Part shown: positions 50,745-63,942 of the stretch, piece after piece
Layout: every line of letters starts with the position of its first letter
How positions within the stretch are numbered: the stretch's first letter is position 1
Origin: Octopus sinensis
Taxonomy: Eukaryota
Assembly: GCF_006345805.1 (NCBI RefSeq)
Contig: NC_043002.1
Location: forward strand, 37,696,001 to 37,760,000
DNA: 64,000 nt
Direction of reading: 5' to 3'
The notes under the pieces: generated by a model
The model's database searches: none
What the model was told of the DNA's origin: nothing
Seen by the model: the letters and a program-made list of their open reading frames with translations, nothing else
Translations under genes and position numbers: made by a program

Positions 50745-51523
50745 GTATGTATGTATGTACGTACGCGCGTGCTTGTGCATGCATGCTTGATTATGTATAA
50801 ATGTATGAGTGGGTGTATATGTTTGTGTACGTTCGAGAACATTTTAATACAAACACGGTGATAGATTTATGATTGGATTTTCTCTGCTCGGGCAAGTTTG
50901 TTTTGTCACTTTGAAAAATATCAATTGCAGGCTTCTGATTAACTAAATAAACACCCAGTTTACGTCTTGATTATATAAAGACAAACTACGGATAGTAAGC
51001 TCAAAATTCTTACAATCTCTCGATTTCCTATCATTCAGACCGTCCCATGGACCCAGCAAGCATTTTGAAATAAAACGACCCATTTGTAGTTTACCTATGT
51101 TTATTTTTCTTCTCCCAGAATGATATACTTCTGAAGCACAATACCCAGTTTTTCTTCCTTTAGTTCATATTTCGCTAGTGATGTTGAACATGTAATAGAA
51201 ATTTATTAATGTCTTTTTGATTAATGTTTTATTTTTATTTTCTCTCTTTTGTTTCTTTATTTTTTTTCTGATACCGCTCTTATTATTGTATCTTGGATAC
51301 ATGTTATTGAACTGTATATAATCCGTTTATTTGAAGTAGGTTGTAATTAGTAACTTAAGCAAACTGAAACACCTGTCAACCGTGTCAACGCATAGTGCTG
51401 ATATTATTGGACACTAATCATAGTAAAAAAAGTTGCCGAGTTACGTGGGTTGCTGTTCGATGGATGCTGGATACAAACTAAATATAGAAAGGTATTACGT
51501 ATGCTTTAAATAGACACACACAA

Positions 51524-51562
<39 letters not shown>

Positions 51563-51572
51563 CACATATACA

Positions 51573-51612
<40 letters not shown>

Positions 51613-51786
51613 CATACACATATATCTACACACACACACACATATATATGTATGTATATATGTATGAATGTATATACATATGTACATGATGTAGATGAAC
51701 ACACACACGCAATCACAGAGATGCAGAGACAAATTGTTATAAAATGAGAGTGGGTAGATGGCGGGTAATAAGTGTAATAAATTAGG

Positions 51787-51862
<76 letters not shown>

Positions 51863-52025
51863 GAGATCAAAACTTATAAGAAAGATACAAAAAAGATAAG
51901 TGAAAGCTCAGAGGAAAAGTATGAGAACGACAAAGGAAAAGCACATATCAGAGACGGGGGAAAAATGTCTGTATCTTCCAAAACTTAGAAACGTAAATGC
52001 TGGAAATATTTGTATATACGTATAT

Positions 52026-52084
<59 letters not shown>

Positions 52085-54072
52085 CGAGAGAGAGAAAGGA
52101 AGACAGAGTGGTAGGGAAGGAGACAGGAGGGAGAGATGGAGAAAGAGGTGGGTAATATAATTGTAGAAAATGTGAAGGAAGTGAAAGAAACTTAGTTCTA
52201 TGAGTTTGCATTTATGCTTATATCAGTTAAAAATGGTGGGATGCTTATGTTGCGTTTCTTTGTGTTATGTAACATCAGTTCTATTTATTAAATAGAGACA
52301 AAAAATGTGTAGCAAACTGGATTAAGTATTGGAGTCGGTATGATTGACTAAAACTTGAAGAACCAGTAAAAACATACAAGTTCGTAGCTTGAGTTATTTA
52401 GAGCTTTTGAGAGGAAGAAGAGGATAAATGGAGAGGAAAAGCAAAAGAGAAGGTGAAGCGTGAAATAAGAAAGAAGAAAAATAATCGCGCTATGTAATGT
52501 GGTAGATTAACAATTAGATAGGAAAAAAATTACATTTCGAGACGAGAGAAAAAGAAAGAGGGCGAGAGAGGTATAGAAAGAGAGAGAGGGAGAGAGAGGG
52601 AGAGAGAGGGAGAGAGCGAGAGAGGGAGAGAGACAGAGGGAGGAAAATAGAAAAGATTGATTTGTTTTCTCGTTATGTTGAAGCAATGTGTATCTACTAA
52701 ACGATAATTTCGTAATTAGGAACTAAATTGTAAAATTCTTCAGATATAGTCATGGGAAATTATAGAGTTTGCCTTCTCAAAATGTAACCGTGCTTCGTGG
52801 TTGGTGTGCAAGGTTCTGCAGCATGAAATACAACACCGTATCCACGTCATCACTTAAATGCATCTCACTCTCCTACCTGAGACTTTCCTTCTCAAAGAAC
52901 ACAGGAAACTCTTTGCTGTTGGAGTAATTTGAAGGAAAAAGGGATCGATAAAAGTATAGCAATCTGTGTCAGTGTTTGAGGAGTTCTTATTTCATGACTG
53001 GTATTGTAATATTCCACTGAAAATTCCTTAGTATGAGCGAAAGAAAGTTAGCTTAACTGTTACAACTCGACAACCTGAAATTCGAAACAGGGTCATTCAT
53101 TCGATTCTCTGCCAACTTATCTCTACTGCACGCGTTTATTTGCAATAACACTTTTCTTTGTGACCAAGTCTCAAGAGTATACAATCATAGATAGATGATG
53201 AAAGTCATGTTGTGTTGCAATCCTAATGATATTATAGGGGTAAGTGATGTGAAGAAACTTCAATCAAGAAAATAAATGACATGTTAACACGCATCACGAA
53301 CAACGTATTTCATGGTTCACAGCATTTACTGTCAGTACAGCCTCCCTTGATTGGTCACAAATGTCTTATATTTCAAAAGAGAAAGTGAAAATAGATATCG
53401 TAACATTTAGACGTTTGTTACTGTTATTTGCAACATGATGTGAACTTGCATATATTATACGCTGTCAGAGATGTACTTTTAATTTTGACCTTACCGATGA
53501 TCCTATACAATTATATCAAACATCGAACTCGCATTTTGCTTCTAAAACAAAACTATAAATTACGTTTATTGCTTTGAAAGGAAATTAAAAAGGTATAAAA
53601 GAATGTAAATTTTTTGAAGGAACTTTCTTTAAAAATATATTAAATGTGTATGCTCTTTTACATTCGTTACTCTTTGATGGAAATTCCAAAATTTCAAATC
53701 TGCCTCAACTTAATCTGGAAGTGATAGTCACCAGAGGCACATCACGCGTTCGAATCAAAACATTATTTTTAAACGAAGTCAGTAAAGCGATGTCCCAGTA
53801 AATCGAATTTTGCTTCTTGTCTCCAAATACAAAGGTTATTTTGATAACGATGATTTGAATGCCTGACTTACTGTTGAAGTTTTCATCCTCAGTTATGTCT
53901 TATTTTTTCATATTTTACATGTTTCATTCATTGGACTGCATCCATAATGGAGCACTGCTTCGAAGAAATTGACCCCATGTACTTATTTTTCAAGTCTGTT
54001 ACTTGACAAACCGACACAAATTGTCAAGCGCGCTCAAACACAAATACGCACAGTATACATAAATAGGCACGC

Positions 54073-54110
<38 letters not shown>

Positions 54111-54120
54111 GCACGCACGC

Positions 54121-54163
<43 letters not shown>

Positions 54164-54164
54164 A

Positions 54165-54325
54165 GACGGGTTTCCACACATTTTCCATCTGCTTCCCATA
54201 TTCACACGCAATGCATTGGTCGATCCGCGACTATAGCAAAAGACATATTTCTAAGGTGCAACGCAGTGGGATTGAACCTGAAAACAAGTGGTTGCCAAAT
54301 GAACTTCTCAATCACACAACCAGCC
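54165..54325 (-). mobile_element. SINE family B head (diverged)
   Basis: gacgggtttcc..ggtcgatccgcgactatag..gcagtgggattgaacctg..cacacaaccagcc. Confidence 0.6.
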
Positions 54326-54461
54326 CAATACAAGCATGCATCTTTACCTATAAAAAAAAGAAAGAAAGAAAGAAGGAAAACAATGACAGACCACCAGGCA
54401 CCCAAATAAAACACAACCTACTGCTATAGAACATCACAAAACCGTTTTGTTAGTTACAGTT

Positions 54462-54885
54462 GATCTTTTCGGTTCGAACGGCAGTTTTTAACATAATTTC
54501 TAGGTAACTAAAAAATTTTAAACTTCGTATACTGGTAGAATGTGTTTATAAAACATCTTTTTCTCTTGGCTTTATTGAGAAAATTCTATAGTTTGTAAGA
54601 TATTTGTTGTTATTTTTCTTCAATTTCTTCAATTTTAACCAATCACTGACGTCTATTAAGGTAAAAAACATTTTGTGCCGTATGAATATGTCCCCCGTTT
54701 AAGAAACAGATTGGGTTTATTTACATTTGTGAAAAAAAAAAAAAGATACCTTTTCCCCCACCTCTAACCCTAAACCTAACCCCAAAACAGATTGAAATGC
54801 AATAGATCGATACTAGGGTCATAATTATGGGTGACAATTTCATATGACACCGCTAGAAAAAACTGCCATTCAAACCGAAAAGATC
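54462..54885. mobile_element. MITE-like element with 28-bp terminal inverted repeats and an internal TAACCC-like motif
   Basis: gatcttttcggttcgaacggcagttttt / aaaaactgccattcaaaccgaaaagatc; ctaaccctaaacctaacccc at ~54765-54783. Confidence 0.75.
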
Positions 54886-55462
54886 CGTTACAGTATTCAA
54901 TTCCTTCCTGAATGTTAGTGAGAAATGACTTTCAAATTTATTACTCAAAATGCAAACTACAGAATATGGACAATGGCGATGCGATGTCGTTAGCGGCATA
55001 TCAAAGATATGGGTATACAGGACGCACTGTAACCAACTGCTACAAAATTCTTTTGTCGCAGAAAGTCAGCAATATGACTCCTCATGATTTTAGTGTTAAC
55101 AAGTATTTCTTTTTATTATAGGTAAGTCTGTGATTATCCAAATCAACCCAAACCATTTCTTATTCATACATATGTATCTGATTTTCTACTACTCATATGT
55201 AGATCATTAGTAATAGTAAACAAAGTGAGGTTAATTGGATAGAAGATTTTACCCACTTAATATACTTTCAAGAGCATATTCTTTTTCTGAGAAACTGTTG
55301 TGTCTCGAAGAAGTTCCTTTTGCAAACACGTGTTCCAGGTTTCGTTCCACTTTTCAGTGGAGTACATTTAGACTACATATTCTCCTCAAACTTCGGGTTG
55401 TTCAATAACTTGTCAGTGAAATATTTTAACACATACAGATACACATATATCTATATACATGC

Positions 55463-55904
55463 GAAAGAGTCCAGAAGCTGGCTACCCGCATGGTTCATGG
55501 TCTCAAAAATTTGTCCTATGAAGAAAGGCTGAGGACGCTCGACCTTTATTCTCTTGAAAAACGCCGCCGCCGTGGTGATCTCATTCTCGCCCACAACATC
55601 ATAAGCGGAAAGTGTAACCTCTCGAAAGAGCTGTTCTTCACTCCTGCTCCAGAGCGTCGGCTGCGGGGTCATTCCGAAAAGCTCTACCTGCGACGATTTC
55701 ATCTCAATCGAAAGAGAGGAGCTTTCTCCGTCCGGGTTGCGGATCCGTGGAACAAGCTGCCAGACGAGATGGTGAAGATGCCGACGACCGCTTTGTTCAA
55801 AGCCTCCCTTGACCTCAAGTGGCCTGAACTCTTTACATGAACACCACCCTGTACTTAACTCCATGTCCCCCTACATGGCCTTGCTATTTGCTTTTGAGCC
55901 AAAT

Positions 55905-55964
<60 letters not shown>
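55463..55964 (+). mobile_element. CR1-group LINE 3' fragment with (TAAC)15 tail
   Basis: ERVQKLATRMVHGLKNLSYEERLRTLDLYSLEKRRRRGDLI..LRGHSEKL..FSVRVADPWNKLP..FKASLD (stop 55838-55840), short 3' UTR with ccatgt/acatgg hairpin, (TAAC)n 55905-55964. Confidence 0.9.
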
Positions 55965-55965
<1 letters not shown>

Positions 55966-55993
55966 TATGTGTGTATACATATATGCATATATA

Positions 55994-56068
<75 letters not shown>

Positions 56069-56647
56069 TATATGTATATATTTATGTACATGCGCAAACA
56101 CTCACGAATATACATTTACACAAACGTGTGTTTATGTATGTGTGTGTGTGTGAGAGAGGGAGAGAGGGAGAGAGAGAAAGAGAAAGAGAGAATTTATTTC
56201 TCACAAGTACGAGGATGGAAAAACCAAAACTGGTGTTGCGGAACAAAACAGCATTGTGAAATAATTACCCTGTACCGTGTTACACAGATAATGGTTTGCC
56301 ACTCTCATCCTTCGAACAGCAATAAACCAATGGTTGGTCTATTAGAAACTAACCAACGACACTATTGTTCACTAGTTTTGGCTTGAGATATTCATTATAT
56401 ATAATAAATCCGTTTTTAATATCATGTTTTGACTTTTATTTATTCCATTCATTGGAACACGGCTATGCTGGGGCACGACCTTGATGGGTTTAGTGGAAAA
56501 CAACGGCTCCAGTATTTACGTTTTTAAGCCCTGGCACTTAATCTCCCGGTGTCTTTTGCTGTATCACTAACTTACGAGTTCGTAAACAAACCACCACAGA
56601 TTGCCAAGCGATATGTGGACAAACATACACTGAAAGACTTACACGTA

Positions 56648-56685
<38 letters not shown>

Positions 56686-56849
56686 TATAGTCTTTTATTC
56701 TTTTATTCGTTCCAGTCATGCAGCTGCGGTCATGCTGGAGCACCACTGTGGTAATACCCGTCACACACACACACATACACATTTCTATACAAAGTATTCG
56801 GGCCAAATTTTACGATTTTTATGTCACCTTTATGTCTCAGAAACAGCTT

Positions 56850-57489
56850 GATGTATTGGTGAACACCCAACGGCGTGCGATGGAGAGCTTAAAGATTAAA
56901 TTTGTAGTTGAGAGAAATTTAGCTGGCATGGATGACTGGAAGCCATTTGAATACTGGAACAGATCTACCTATATCACGAAGATTGGCGCGGGGTGTCAAA
57001 ATGCTGACTTCATGACTACTGCATAATGCTCTGTAAACTTGGTAAAAGCCGTAAGATGTGACGTAGACAGGTGCAATAGAGATTAGGAAGATGTAGATAG
57101 CAGGAAGTGACCTTACAGGCGGTCTTACTATGTCCACACACCAGAATTCATTCATCCAACGAATGTTGAACAGGGCCTAAGCTCAGTCAGACGACTATAT
57201 GAGACTGCTGGAGACTGTGTACAAATCCTGGTTGGAGAGGGATGGTGCTGGAAGCGATATGTGCAGTGACAGGAATAGGCTCCTTGTTATATCTCCGGAA
57301 AGTGTCAGAAGTAGTTGTCGGAAAATTTCCACGACTTCACTAGACCCAATTACTAGCCATTTAATTACCCCAATTGTAATCCTATGGAATATGTGTGGGG
57401 CGCGCAGAGTTATAGTGCGGTAAACACGTGCCAGATTCCGAGGCCACCTTCAGGCCGTGTTAGAAACCGAAGGCGACTACATTCAGTGA
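56850..57489 (+). pseudogene. Decayed Tc1/mariner-superfamily transposase
   Basis: With frameshifts: DDYMRLLETVYKSWLE..ENFHDFTRPNY*PFNYPNCNPMEYVWG..CARFRGHLQAVLETEGDYIQ*, matching the WPxxSPDxNP motif and typical C-terminus. Confidence 0.7.
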
Positions 57490-57503
57490 ACTATTGTCTC
57501 TCA

Positions 57504-57713
57504 GGCAGAAACGTTAGCACGCCGGGCGAAATGCTTTGCGGTATTTCGTCTGCCGTTACGTTCTGAGTTCAAATTCCGCCGAGGTCGACTTTGCCTTTCA
57601 TCCTTTCGGGGTCGATAAATAAAGTACCAGTTACGCACTGGGGTCGATGTAATCGGCTTAATCCCCTTGTTTGTCTCCTCTATGTTTAGCCCCTTGTGGG
57701 TAGTAAAGAAATA
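57504..57713 (+). mobile_element. SINE family A, tail type 1 (slightly 5'-truncated)
   Basis: Near-identical to 31122 and 45522; small deletion just before the tail. Confidence 0.9.
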
Positions 57714-58549
57714 TATTTTATGAAGTTTTAAAATACTTTTATTTTTGGGTGGGATATATTGTTTTTGTTTTAATTCTTTTATGCAATCTGTCACATTTAG
57801 CCCGAACATTCTGTACAGACACACACACACTCGCGCAGCTGGCTTCCATTCTGCCAGATTCACTCACAAGCGTCCAATCTACCAAATTCACTCATTGCTG
57901 TGCCCCGGGCAATTTTAGAAGGCAATTGCTCAGTGTTCCACGTGGTTGCATAGCGAGAGCCTTAATCACAGAGCCATGCCTACTCTGATGCGCCTATAAT
58001 TTGCATCCACATCTTACTACTACTCGCATCATATTTGTTACTGCGTCGTCCATTTCTGTTTCGTGTGTGCCGTTATATTTTAGTCCATATATAACTTTGT
58101 CCATTATTATGTTGCTTGAGGAAACCCTTATATTCCTCTTTCTCCGTTACAAGTTGGTTTTAAATCACAAGCTCTCTTCAAATGTACAATAATGCTTTGA
58201 ACTCATGACGCTGATAATATGTAGATTGATGATGGATATTAATATTTTTTAAGTCTAGATTTATGACGTGAGTTAATAACGTAGTTAGAGCCCAGGTCAC
58301 CCGGAGAAGACCTTGAGTTTGCCACTTCATGGTACGTCCCATGCTATAAAAGCTTATGTAAGCAGACTCGGAAGTGCCACACCCATAAAATCTTCGCTCG
58401 TGGCAGTGAGTTCTCTCAATCTCTTTCCCGTCCTTTTCTAATCATTGATTATCTACGATGACATTGCCGAGCGACTGAAGAGAGTAACCCACGGGTCACA
58501 CTTTCAAGTTTAAACTTTGTATTAAACAACTATTTCAAATTTTGCATTA

Positions 58550-58790
58550 TTATACTTGGAGATGGTAATATTTTGCCAATTAAACGCACGCACTATTTAC
58601 TAGGTCTTCACTACAGTTTTCTTATTATTTTAGTTTCTTTGTCAAAGCTCTTTCGTCATATATCTTGTGATCTCTTCGGCGGTGACGAAAGAGATTTGAC
58701 AAAGAAACTAAAATAGTAATAATAAAGCAGAAGTGAAGACCAAAAAGTGCCTGTGTTTAATTGGTATAATATATCCATCTCCAAGTATAA
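58550..58790. repeat. Imperfect fold-back hairpin element (~110-bp arms)
   Basis: ttatacttggagatgg..ggtcttcact..ttttagtttctttgtcaaa.ctctttcgtca pairs with tgacgaaagag.tttgacaaagaaactaaaa..agtgaagacc..ccatctccaagtataa. Confidence 0.8.
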
Positions 58791-59099
58791 CGATATCTGT
58801 TTCAACATACGATCTTAGATCAACAATCTTGCAAAAGAAATGCATAAACGTAACAATTGTGAAAAGTTTCTTTTTGTAGCACTATCAGATATGGTTGAGG
58901 TATTTTGCCAGCTTAGATGTTGCCAGTGGTTTCGTACAGATGCTACGTTTCCACGGTTTCAGTTATGCCTCCATGGAATCACGTGCATTCATTTTACACG
59001 TCGTGTGCTTATTATCACACTACCACCTCGTTCCATATAGAACTGAACTGACATTTAATAAGACTTTGGCTGTTGCAAAGTATTCTACAAAAAGGTACG

Positions 59100-59400
59100 C
59101 TTAGCTACTACTACTACTGCTACTACTACTATACTACTACTACTACTACTATTACTACTACTACTATTACTACTACTTCTACTACAGCCACCACCACCAC
59201 CACCACCACCACCACTACTACTACTACTACTACCACCACCACCACCACCACCGCTACTACTACTATTACCCCCAGCGCCACCACCACCACCACTACTACT
59301 ACTATTACTACTACTACTACTACTTCTGCTGCTGCTGCTGCTGATGATGATGATGACGCTACTGTTGCTGCTGCCACGACTACCGCTGCTACAGCTGCAG
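59100..59400. repeat. Compound trinucleotide tract (TAC/CAC/GCT/GAT)
   Basis: Direct reading. Confidence 0.95.
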
Positions 59401-60089
59401 TTTTTACAATTGATAATTTCTTGCATGTTTTTTTTTTTTTTGCAAGACCTCTAGTTTGTAGGGCAGAAAATTTAATGGAACAACCCTAACACATGACTGG
59501 TATTTTAAGTTACGGAAACAAATGGGATGAAAGTAAAAGTAAGTCACGGCTGTATTTAAACTAGTAACACATACGGATGACACTGTATATTACGTTTAAT
59601 TAATTACAAAGAATTAATTAGAAAGAATTAATTACAAAGAATTACGCTAATTTTCTTGCATATCAGTTAAAAAAATGTAGGATACAGTTTCATTTAAGAT
59701 ATAAAATAAGACACACACATGCACACACACGCACAAACACACACACACACAGAGAAAGTTTTCAGTTTTGTGTTTTAATGTTTAAATATTTCGCTTCTGG
59801 AAGCAGATGAAAGTTGGTCAGAAACCTACCAGATGGATCTGATTACTGAGTGAAATCGTATAGCCTTAAGCACTTTCTTACTACGATTGCAATAATTTTC
59901 TAAACATAATTGCTTCGCTGAAAAGGGAAAAAAAAGTCATATGGTATTTTGAATTGACAAGGATCTGTACATCATTTCATTTCTTACGTTTTGTTTTCAC
60001 TCCTCATCTTTTCTATTAATTCTCTTGTCCAGGATAGTTAGCCTCTCTCTCTTTCACTCTCTCTTTCTCTCTGTGTGTCTCTCTCTGAG

Positions 60090-60281
<192 letters not shown>

Positions 60282-60859
60282 TCACACACACGCGCGTGTG
60301 TGAGTGATTGTAAGTTTGTTTAAAATATTAATTTCATTTTTATTGGGCACAACGACCCTATATCTATTGCAATTATTATCAATAGTTGCATATGGTATAA
60401 ATTATCAATAGCAAAAGTGAGATCATATTTCATTTAACTGCTTCGAATATAAAACATACATTTTTCAATTTAATTTTCCTTTATTAGAATATTCAAAGAA
60501 GCAAACGAACCTCGTTATTACTTTCGTTACATCTCAAACGTTGCATTTTAGATTTTGCACGTGTATGATGATAATACAAAATTTTCTGGACAGAACCTCA
60601 ATGTAGTTGTTTCCTCGTATGTCAATGATACCATTGTAATCACGTCGTCGCAAACAAGCATTGTCACCGTGATTCTCTTTCTATTACTTTGTAAAGGGGA
60701 AAATAGGGAATACAATTGCAGCTGAATATGCTGTAGCATACTGATAAGGATCCAGCACTTGAGCCTGTTGTAAGATCGTATTTCGTCACAAGGACTCTTT
60801 TGCCATTGATTTGAGCAAGTGGAGTAAAAATGATACGAAAGGTGAATACATTATTTATT

Positions 60860-61081
60860 TAATATTGGCTTCGAAGGTTGGCACAAAGCCAGCAATTTCG
60901 AGGGAGGGGACAATTCGATTACATCGACCCCAGTGTTCAACCAGTACTTATTTTATTGACCCCGAAATGATGAAAAGTAAAGTCAGCCTCGGTAGATTTT
61001 GAACCCAGAACCTAAAGACGGACAAAATTCCACTAAGCGTTTTACTTGGTGTGCTGACGATTCTGCCAGCTCGCCGCCTTT
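60860..61081 (-). mobile_element. SINE family A, tail type 2
   Basis: ggcacaaagccagcaatttcg..cgattacatcgaccccagtg..gattctgccagctcgccgcctt. Confidence 0.8.
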
Positions 61082-62292
61082 CAGTGATTTAATATTAGAA
61101 AAAAGAATCTTATATATAGTCGTTTAGCAGCCAAACCCTTCTTAAATAAGCTAACGAGCTCAAATTTAAAATGACACATTAGAGTTAAAGACACTTGCCG
61201 TGCGAATGAACCTGAAACGAAGTGGTTGCACAATAAGCTTCATAACTACACAAGCCATGCCTCAGCCTATGACATATTTCACAGAAGGTTCTTCTTGAAA
61301 TTGTTAATTTGAACAGAATATATCTATCTATTCTACACGGTAAGCACAATAAAAAGTATATAAAACAAATAAGAACGTTTGAAGACATGGTGCATCTGTC
61401 GTTAGTGAAACCTTGAATATCACATTGTATACATCTGAGAATTCTGAATGAAATAAAATACAATCTATATGGGATTTCATGAATCCTCAGTAGTTATGGA
61501 TAGGTTTTATTTTTGTCTTTCAATAAGTTAAATATCAATAATATGCTTTGGAAAAGCATGGATGCCAATATGTTGCAATTATTCTCTTCTTCTTTAGGTC
61601 TCTGCATGTAATAATTATCAATTTAGCCATCTTGTTGCCAAGAAAGTGCAAATTACCGCCCAAAGGACACACTTCTTTGACTCAATTTTAGATAGAAATA
61701 ATAAAATTCTTAAATGTATATATGTGTGAGTGGGTGTCTGTATGTCTTATCAGAATATGCAAACGGAAAATGCGTACAATATTTAAATATCGTCCTATTG
61801 TTTGAATATATACACATATATATTTCTGTATATCTGTTTAAAATTATTTTTCATAAAGCCAAATCAAAGCAAGTTATGAGAAATAATACAAGCCTGTGGT
61901 TTATACTTTCCCTTTGCATTCTATTATTTCTGGGTCAGTACCCCTTCTTCAGAATTCTTCGGCGAAATAGTTTTGGTAGCAGACTTCTCTATTCTCAGAG
62001 CAGAGAAGACAGTTCACCACAACAACTTTGTATTTATATAACATTTTTACAAATTCTATCTAAACTTTGTTGTTTTGGAGAGTAATCGAAAGAGAAGACA
62101 GTGTCATATACATACATACATACATACATACATACATACAAGCATATGAATATATATATAGATATATATGTATACATACATATATACATACATGTATATA
62201 TACATACATATACACATACGTATATATGCATATACATACATATGTATATACACAGATATCTGTATATACATATATGTATATATAAACATACA

Positions 62293-62332
<40 letters not shown>

Positions 62333-62376
62333 TATATATATATCGGTATATCAATATATATCTGTAAATATATGAC

Positions 62377-62412
<36 letters not shown>

Positions 62413-63049
62413 ATATATTCGTATGTGTTTGTGTGTGTGTGTGTGTGTGTGCATGCGTATGTTGTGTATAGCAAGAGGGTAATTATGATAGAAAGATGAA
62501 AATAGAAGGTTAGACATAACGAACAATGAATTTCTTAGTGAGGTTTATCATTGATGTTTAATACAAAGCACAAGTTATATGTTCTGTATAAACTCATAGT
62601 TTGAGAACATAGCGAGTGATAGAAAAGTGAAACAATTAAAAATAAAGTCTACAGAAATAACTCTATTAAAACGAACGCTTTTACTATTGATCGGTAGGCA
62701 AAGCTTGCTTCAAAAAGGAAGAAGATAGACCATTAATTGTCATAAACGTTGGCGATGGAAATCAGCGGAAGAATATATAATTACGAACGTGAAATGAATT
62801 CCCAACAGATGATGTGGTATTCTGAGAAAACAAATTTCATAATAGAAAACTGACGTAGTAACTGGTAAACAGAGAAGAGAGTAAATACACTTACTTCTAC
62901 ACACGATCAAACGCTGTTACACACACACACTCTTGAAATATTACTTTCGTATACAAAAATGCAGAACAACACGTAGGAAAAAAATCCATACAAACACTTT
63001 GATATGATAATAACTAAAACAAGACGGGTTACTGAAAGAATTTTTATTT

Positions 63050-63212
63050 CAGGCATGGGCAAGCTTTTCCGAGAAGCGGGCCGCATAAGACGTAGCTCAA
63101 CATTAGGCAGGCTGCACTCTTGAAAAATATCAAGGTAATTTCATAAACGTTATTTCCCTCGAGCCATTAGGCGGGCCGTTCGAATAGTCCTGCGGGCCAC
63201 AGATTGCCAGTG
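63050..63212. mobile_element. Possible decayed hAT-type MITE
   Basis: Starts caggcatgggcaa and contains gcgggccgc/gcgggccac subterminal motifs; the right TIR is poor. Confidence 0.4.
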
Positions 63213-63267
63213 ACCAAGTCATGTCGTTGCACGACATTCTAAAAACAGCAGACAAATCTTTACCACG

Positions 63268-63344
<77 letters not shown>

Positions 63345-63724
63345 ACTATTGTTCTGAAAATGGAAGGACACGTTGAATATCTTTCGTTATAATGAATATT
63401 TTCAGTAAGAACCGATTAAAGATTAAACAACAGCTAATAAACAAAAGCATGGAGGCTTGCTCTTATGTAGGCTAGTGTGTCTTCAATCTTTCACAAATAC
63501 ACAGAATCAGGCCGATATACATTATCAGAAGTGTATATACCAAAATATTTATAAATTAATTTATACAAACTGCATGATTGACGCATGTTTTGCTTTAACT
63601 TTTCGACACAATAAAATTCATTAGGATTATATTTGTTTTTAAATATTTATATTCAATTATAATTTCGTAACGACAGCACCAAATACAGAAGTACTTTCAC
63701 CTACAAAAGATTTCGCATATATTA

Positions 63725-63942
63725 ATATCAAATTTTGGGACAAGGTCAGCAAATTGCAGATGAGGGGATATGTCGATTATAACGACACTTGTATTCAACT
63801 GGTGCTTATTTTGATGGCCACGAAAGGACAGAAGAAGGTAAAGTTGATTACCATGGAATTCGAACTCAGAACGTAAGGTCGGATAAAAATGAAAATAAGC
63901 ATTTTCCCGGCGCGGTAACTTTTCTTACATTTCGCATGCCTT
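63725..63942 (-). mobile_element. SINE family A (old, diverged)
   Basis: aaattttgggacaaggtcagcaa..caactggtgcttattt..gaattcgaactcagaacgtaa..aagcattttcccggcgcg. Confidence 0.65.

Noticed and set aside
54765-54783. Interstitial telomere
   Set aside because: Only two to three imperfect TAACCC units, inside a TIR-bounded element.
55861-55905. SINE tail type 2 derived from the CR1-type 3' UTR
   Set aside because: Only tggccttg and gccaaa are shared and need a gap; too short to support.
58475-58510. Hammerhead candidate starting CTGAAGA
   Set aside because: No GAAA after a stem II and no stem I/III pairing.
60550-60725. 57-codon open frame (ILHVYDDNTKFSGQ...) as a host exon
   Set aside because: No recognisable homology or clear donor site; length is within chance expectation.
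61560-61700. Possible third C-terminal-EN PLE remnant (minus-strand KEVCPLGGN)
   Set aside because: Only one short motif matches; the flanking GIY/YIG and CCHH motifs could not be recovered.
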